NCBI RefSeq assembly: GCF_009914755.1
Contig: NC_060941.1
Direction: 5' to 3' (one strand)
From: the human T2T-CHM13v2.0 reference genome, Homo sapiens
DNA: 64,000 nt
The notes beneath the pieces are model-generated. The model searched no databases. It saw nothing but the letters and a program-made list of their open reading frames with translations, and was not told where the DNA came from. The position numbers and the translations under genes are program-made. Of the stretch, positions 57,561-64,000 are shown piece after piece. Within the stretch, counting starts at the first letter, position 1; the number at the start of each line of letters is the position of its first letter.

Positions 57561-59089
57561 TTGTGGGTCCCCACACAGGAGCGCACTGCATGGAGATGAA
57601 AACCTCGGTGTGATGTGTGTGTGCGCAGGTGTGTTTATGCGCCTGTGTGCCTGCAGGTCTCCGTGTACCTATGCCCAGGGTAGGGGGGTGGTCCGCGCCC
57701 CTGGGGGCCCTGGGAGCCTGATCCCAGAGCTCATATCTGGACTTTTCCCCATAGTCACTGGTCCCACCAGCCTGGCACTGCCTGCTGGGCTGGATTCTGT
57801 GCCCCGGGCGGAAACCCAGGCCCATCTGGAGGCTCACACAGGGGGTGTCTCAAGGCCCTTCCCAAGCTCAGGCCTTAGTAGATACTCTGTAGAAACTTAA
57901 TTCGGTGGATAACTAGGGCCATGTGGGCAAACAGAAAGATGGACAGACAGGCCGGGAACCAGGCCCATGGTACAGCGAAGGATTCCTGTGGGCATGGGCA
58001 CTGGCTTAGTCCTGCGGCCGTGAACAGCCAGACTCAAGCCCTCCCTCATTGGGAAAAACTACTGCAATCCTGTCCCCCCAGACTGGGGATCTGCTGCCTC
58101 GGACAAGTCATCGAGCCTCTTGGAGCCTCTGTTTCCTAACACGTGCATCAAGCAGAAGGCCACTGTCCTGCCAACTCCCAGGGCGATGGAAGGAACAGAA
58201 TGAGGTGTGGACACAGGAGTAGTTTGTGCCACAGCACTGTGGGGCTGGGATGTGGCTGTGTCTAGAAGCGTCCAAGAGAGCCTTGATGTGCAAGGTCCAA
58301 CCCCACCTCTGCCCCCAGCTCCAAGATGGCCTGGCACATATCCCCCACCCAGGTTTTTCCTCCCAGGCTGTGCCCCACCCCCCAAGCGTCTGGCCACTCC
58401 CAAGGAATGTGGGCCCCCGGCTCCAGACGCCCACTTGGCCTGGCTTCTTCCACAGGACATGCCCCATCCAGCTGCATCCCTCAAAGGAGCCCCAGAGCAG
58501 GCAGACCCTGCTGCCATCCACGCGGGTTCGAGTAGCTCCACCTGGGAGCTGGTCAGGCCCTGGTCAGGCCTCATTCTGAGCGCTGGAAGGCCGCTGTGAA
58601 CCCCAGTGCCAAGCCGAGGCAGGGGACCAGCTACATCCAGGCGAGGGGATGGACAGCCGTGACCAGCAGAGGACCGAACAGAAGGGAAAGCCGCAGAGGT
58701 GGCGGCCACCCAGGCCAGACACAGAAGGTGGTCCTCCCATGCCTGGGCCGCCTCACTGGAGCTGTGTTTATGATCCTGGCGAGTATCTGGATGGCCCTGG
58801 CAACGGGTGCCCTCCGCAGCTCCCGCCCCCACCCGGGATGACTCAGTCCCCTTGAGGGAGGCCCAGGCGTCTGGTGCCAAGTCATGCTTGACGACTCCTG
58901 CTGTGAGGACGCTCGCTCCCACCATCCCTGGGGAGCCCCCAAGCACCAATACGGGCTGTTGCCTGACTCAGCACAGCTACCCCCAGCGCATCGTCCTGGC
59001 CCACCCACGGAGGCTGATGGTCTCCAGGCCTCATCCTCTGCCCCTCCTCATCCTCCACACCAGGTCTGTGCCTCCAGCCCCACTCTTTC

Positions 59090-59480
59090 CAGCTAGCTGC
59101 CACCTCCCCGTCCATGTTCCCGAGCAGCTCAGATCCAACAGGCCCCAGATTCAACTCAGCATCTTCCCCAAACCTGCTCGTCCTCCTCTGTCTCCATTGC
59201 GAGACGGGTACCACACCCTCCCCATTCTTTCCTGACCCAGGTCAGCAATCCGGGAGCCCTCCTTGTCACTCGTCCTTTCCCTGTTGCCCACCCTTGCTCC
59301 CCACAACCCCACACTTACTCTCCACTGCAGCCACACCACAGCTTCCCAAATTGCATACTCTGTTCTGCTGCCAGGCCTCAGTACAAGCTGTGCCTTCTGC
59401 CAGGAACACACCTCCCTCTCCTCTGCTGCCTGGAGGACAGCTCAGACATCGCCTCTTCTGAGCCCTCCTTGATCTCCCCA
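59090..59480 (+). mobile_element. L2 relic hosting the CAMKK1 alternative first exon on its antisense strand
   Basis: aactcagcatcttccccaaacctgctc and gctgtgccttctgccaggaac resemble L2 consensus segments. Confidence 0.55.
59319..59356 (-). CDS. CAMKK1: CAMKK1 alternative coding first exon (MQFGKLWCGCSG-E), giving a 27-aa N-terminal extension
   Basis: ATG at 59356, donor GA|GTAAGT, phase 2. In frame with the stop-free 43 nt of exon 2 upstream of the canonical ATG, giving 532 aa. Confidence 0.7.
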
Positions 59481-59759
59481 CTACCTGCTGGGTGAGCTCA
59501 CCAAGTCAAACCCCTTAGAAGTCCAGATTCTACCCACTGCTTCGTTTCCCACTATGTGGGTCTTCCCTGACTCCAGGCTAACACCTCCACCCCACCCTAC
59601 CCCATCCTCCACACCAGCTGCTGGAGGGATTTCCAACATGCAAATGTGGTTATAGTTCTCCCAGACCTGGCCTTCCAGGAACTCGGAATGTCATGGATAG
59701 AGGAGCAGAAGTGGCCTCAGACTGGGGGCAAGGTTGGGGGGGGGGTCACAGGCTAGGGA

Positions 59760-60230
59760 GCAGCCAGGGACATGGACGCCTGGGATGCAAGCACAAATAG
59801 TCACGGAGCACCTGCTGTCTGCCAGACTCTGTGCAAGCCTGTGTGGGGAGATACAGCAGTGAACCAAAAAGACCAAGTCTCTGCTCTCATACAGTTTAAT
59901 TTCTCGTGGGGGCAAGAAGCAACAAACAAGAAAGCCAGTGATTCAGATATGATATGTCAAGTGGTACATATAGGAAGAAAAATACAGCCGAGTAAGAAGG
60001 ATCAAGAGAAAGGGGCTGGGAGATGCTGCTGATACAGTGTAGTTGAGGAAGGCCTTTTGGGAGCAGGACTGGAGCAGACACCTGAAGGAAGGAAGGGGCA
60101 GTAGGCAGTGTAGTTATCTGGGGAAGAGCATTTCAGGTGCAGGGACCAGCAGGTGCAAACGCCATGAGGGGACAGTGCTTGCTCAGTATGAAGAACAGCA
60201 GGGAGGCTGACGTGGCTGGAGTGGAGTCTT
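59760..60230 (-). mobile_element. L2 relic
   Basis: gagcacctgctgtctgccagactctgtgc...gatacagcagtgaac, typical of an antisense L2 3' end. Confidence 0.6.
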
Positions 60231-60829
60231 CCCCACATAAGAGGCACCTGATAGCAAGAGGAGTTACATCTGGAGAGAAAGCCCCCTCACTCATTGTGCT
60301 GGCCTCAGGGATGGCTTCCTAGAGGAGGTGGCACCTGAGCTCTCTTCTGAGCACTGAGCAGGATTTCAGGATGAGGCGAGGATGGAAGTTTGCACTGTGC
60401 ATATAGGAGAGTCATTTCCTGGCTGGGACTCCGGGCTTGGTTTGGGGGTGGGGAGAGCTTGGTGGACAGAGCCCAGGAGGCCCCCAAAGCCAGGGGGAGG
60501 TTGTGAGCAGGGGAGTGCCTCGGTTAGGTGAGGTTTAAAACGACTCCCATGGCTGCTGTGAGGACTGACGGTGGGAGACCGAGGAAGAGGCGAAGGGTCC
60601 CCAGAGTGTGTGCGCCTGGGACGCAGTGGGGGGTCAATTTGTATGTACTGGAGGAAAGAGGGCAGGGCTTGGGGAGGCCAGCGCCACTTCCCTGGGATCC
60701 TCCAGCGCGCACAGGCTGTGTGCCCCTCCCACACTCCTGTGCCCGCCCTGCGGACACCACCAAGGCCCGGTCCTGTGGCCTGTGACACAGCCTTCTCTGC
60801 ACAGCCCTGCAACGCCAAGACTTGAGCAC

Positions 60830-62200
60830 ACCCCCTCCCCTGACAGGCACACGCCCGTGTCCGCGTGACCCGCCCTCACACACCACTCCATCCTGTCCTG
60901 CACCCCCCACGCAGACACAGGCACACTCCCGCGTCCACGTGACACACGCACACCCGCCTCCAAACAGCACACGCAGGTCCCTGCGCACGTGGACACCCCC
61001 CCAGCCACCAGCCCTGCGCCTCCCGGGCCCCGAAGCCGCAGCGCCCGCCTCTGCCGCCCCCTCTCGCCCCAGCCAAGGCAGGACCCTGCGCAGCCTGAGC
61101 CGCGCGCCGCCGCCGCCCCATTCATCTCCCACCCCGCCCCCGGCTCCTGCAGGAAGACGCTCCGGCGGGCCGTGGGAGGAGCGCTCCGCGGAGAACCGCA
61201 CGTGGGTGCCCCGGGCCGGGCCCACTCCGCACAGACGTGGCCTCCACCAGGAGCCGGGCGCGGGGGACGGTGCACCGGGGATGGATGCGGTCCGCAGACA
61301 GAAGCGGGGAAGAACGCAGACGGCGGGGCACCCGCGGCGATGCGGTCCCGGCGGCCGGCGCAGACCCGAGCAGACTCCGCGAGGCACCCCGCAGACCCGG
61401 CCCCGCAGACAGAAGGGGAAGGATCCCCGCCCTGACCAGATCCCAGCTCCCTCGTAGACGCGGCCTGGCAGACCCCCCCGCCTCTCCCTTGCAGGCTCGG
61501 GGCAGGTGTTAAGGCGTTCGTCCTCCTGCTCCTCGCCCGCGTCCCCGCCCCGCCGATCCCTACCTGGGCGCCGGGCGACAGTGTCCGCGGCCCGGCGGGC
61601 GGCCCCACTCGCTCCTGCTGCGCGCCCCGCCCCGCCCCGCCCCGCCCCACCGCCTCGCTGGGGCCCAGATCGCCGAGCTCAGCCCGCGGGCGCCGCGGCT
61701 CCGGGCAGCGCTCGCTGCCCCGCCCACCGCCGCGCCCGGCCGGCGCTCATTGGTCGGAGCGAACGGCCCCGCCAGCGCCGCCCAATCGGAGCCCGGGACT
61801 CCCGCCCCCTCCTGGACTAAGGGACCGCGGTGGGCGGCGCGGTAGGGGCCCTCCCTCCCCTGCGGCGGGGCCGACCTCGCCACGCCCCCGGCGTCCTGGG
61901 GTCCCCGAAGTCCCTCCCGGCCGCGGCGTGGGCCCTTCTCCTGGGCCTGCAGGGGACCGTGCTTCCCCGCCAAACCCTTTGCGCCCCCATCCCGGCCTGC
62001 AGGAGCCAGAGCGCCCCTCCCTCCCGGGCGAGGCGCGGTGCGTGCGAGGGAGGGGCGAGGCCCGGGGAGGAAGGCCTTGAATGGCAGGCCCAGGAGTGTA
62101 GCTTCTGCGGGGCGGGGGCAGAGAGGCCGAGAGGTGGCTTAGCACAGAGTGAAGTGCTTGCTCGGTGAGCCGGCGACAGGAATGGCCTAGCGAGGGCCGA
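60830..62200. promoter_or_regulatory. CAMKK1: CpG island / CAMKK1 main promoter with two CCAAT boxes (61749-61753, 61782-61786) and GC boxes
   Basis: High CpG density; ATTGG and CCAAT 33 bp apart (NF-Y-like spacing); tandem GGGGC repeats. Confidence 0.88.
61564..61720 (-). other. CAMKK1: CAMKK1 non-coding exon 1 (5' boundary approximate)
   Basis: Donor CCCAG|GTAGGG at 61564/61563, within a CpG island, downstream of CCAAT boxes. Joins exon 2 as in the CAMKK1 mRNA I recall. Confidence 0.8.
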
Positions 62201-62984
62201 GGGAGTAGAGGGAACTCAGCAGGACAGTGAGGTGACCTTCGCTGTGGCTGTTCCTGGGGACTCTGCCGCCACCTCTTCCCCTAACGCCTCCGCGTGTGAA
62301 TCCTCTGGCACCACCACTTGCCCCATATCCTTCCCCCAAATCTAACCTCCTGCGTCCCTGTCTCGAAGTGGAGCCAGGAGCCTGGGAGTCACCTGCTGCC
62401 TCCCTGTTTCCTGCTCCAACCAGTCCATCTCCAGGCCCTGCCATACTGCCTCTTGACTATCCCTGGAATCGGCCCACTCCTCTCCACCCCACTTCCCCTC
62501 CCTTAGCTCAGGCTACCACCATCTTGTCCCTGATTGCTGCAGCAGCCTCCTCCCTGGCCTCCAGCCCCATCCAGTCTCACCTCCTACTAGCCTTTCTCTA
62601 CCTGGCACCCAGAGCAAGTTTTCAGGAACACAAGTCCACCGAGAGGCATTTTCTATGGCTCACCGTGAGAATAGGTCTAATCAAGCCCTGTATAGCCTTA
62701 CTCCCAGCCACCTGCCTGTTTAACGCCTACTCGTCTTTCAGGGTTCAATTCAATCCTACTTCTGCCTGGAAACCTTCTCCATGACCTCCCCACTTCCAGC
62801 ATGGGTTAGTGGCCCCACCCAGGTACTTCCTTGTACCTGGCATCTGTTTACCTGCTGGTTCCTCATTGGGACTGGGAGCTCCTGGATGGCAAGCACTGTG
62901 CCTGATTCGTCCAGCACACAGCCTGTCGCATGGCACAGGTGCTCAGTGGATGTTGTTGAATGAATAATTCCAGCAACTTGAGTG

Positions 62985-63300
62985 TGGCTTTTGACCTCAT
63001 GGTTCAGGATACCAGCTAGAGCTCCAGCAATCACATAATGCATTCCAGGCAGTGGAGTGGAGAAAAGGATGAAGAAGAGGGCAGAGGGTCTGCACCAGCT
63101 CTCTTTTCAGGAAAGTTCCCAGAAGTTGCCACGTGGCACTTTCACATACACCGCTTGAGCTTACTTAACATGACCAGACCCAGCTGCAAGAGAAAGCTGG
63201 GAAATGCAGCTTCCATTCTGGGCAGCCACATGCCCAACCAAGAACCAAGGACTGAATTGCTACCGGGAGAACAGATATCCGGAACAACTAGTGGACTCCA
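62985..63300. mobile_element. MLT1-like (MaLR) LTR relic
   Basis: gctccagcaatcacat...agctgcaagagaaagctgggaaatgcag pattern. Confidence 0.6.
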
Positions 63301-63396
63301 CCATTGAGAGGGTGGATAGATTGAGGGGCAGAGCTCGACTGTATGCCAGGTGCTGTTTACAGGTCTTTCCTCAACCCTACTAAAAGCTATTATTGT

Positions 63397-63535
63397 CCGG
63401 GTGCAGTAGCTCATGCCGGTAATCCCAGCCCTTTGGAAGGCTGAGGTGGAGCGTATCATTTGAGCCCAGGAGTTTGAGAACAGCCTGGTCCACATAGTGA
63501 AACTCTGTCTCTATTTAAAAAAAAAAAAAAAAAGA
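63397..63535 (+). repeat. Alu monomer (FLAM-like)
   Basis: Single left arm with an A-tail. Confidence 0.8.
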
Positions 63536-64000
63536 AGTTGTTATTATCCTTGACTCACAGAGGAGGCTTGGAGAGTTAAGCCACTTCCCCCAAGGACACA
63601 CAGTGAACTGTGGCAGAGCTGCAATTGAAACCTGTCTTTTCCTTGCACGCCAGACAGGCTGGGAAGTCAGGAAAGGGTGTGTCCTAGGAGCTGCTGGAAG
63701 GAAATCTTTCGACAAGGAAGGCTTGGACAACAATGTGAGAAGCTGTCAGGCCAAGCAGGATATGGGGCCCAAGTGTCTGCTTAAGACTTGGCAACCAGGA
63801 CACTGCCAGTGACCTTGGCAAGGGCACCTAGGAGAAGTGGTTGGGGTGGAGGCCAATTGCAGAGGGAAGTGTGGACTGGTCTTTCTGGAAGGGTTGCAGT
63901 GAGGGGAGAGGGGCAGAGCTGCTGGGGAACCTGGGCCAGGAGGAGGCAGAAGAGGGGGACAGATGTAGGGGTAGGAGAATGGAGGTGGCTTCTGCTGGGC

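Noticed and set aside
58059-58949. 296-aa minus-strand ORF in CAMKK1 intron 1
   Set aside because: Non-ATG start, GC-rich, no domain similarity, and overlapped by similar ORFs in other frames.
60524-61650. Long overlapping ORFs (287, 338, 211 aa) in the CAMKK1 CpG island
   Set aside because: Open in several frames on both strands with no recognisable domain; GC artefact.

Overview
Human (hominid) genomic DNA. The gene content matches chr17p13.2. Two protein-coding genes lie on the minus strand. NCBP3/C17orf85 contributes its CpG-island promoter and coding exons 1-3 (14898 down to 8775); later exons fall beyond the left edge. CAMKK1 is complete: non-coding exon 1 (~61564-61720), 15 coding exons that I spliced by hand at GT-AG junctions into a 505-aa kinase (ATG 54313, TGA 30881) and a ~1.9-kb 3'UTR with AATAAA at 29017-29022. 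The sequence also supports three alternative CAMKK1 events: an upstream coding first exon in L2-like sequence (+27 aa), a 114-nt in-frame cassette exon just before the gatekeeper, and intronic polyadenylation after exon 15. The rest is Alu-dense, with a full-length SVA, a MER21-like LTR, L1M/L2/L3/MIR/MLT1 relics and two minisatellites. There are no rRNA, tRNA or CRISPR features, and nearly all other ORFs are Alu, SVA or GC-rich artefacts. Best leads: (1) a 24-bp long-range duplex near the end of the CAMKK1 3'UTR whose single mismatch is a G-U pair only on the mRNA strand; (2) a 40-bp intronic VNTR that arrays HIF/MYB motifs on DNA and decoy 3' splice sites on the pre-mRNA; (3) the Gly375 allele, which changes the last base of exon 12; (4) an intronic CRE/ARE CpG element. 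I found no clearly new multi-gene system; the novelty claims are regulatory hypotheses.
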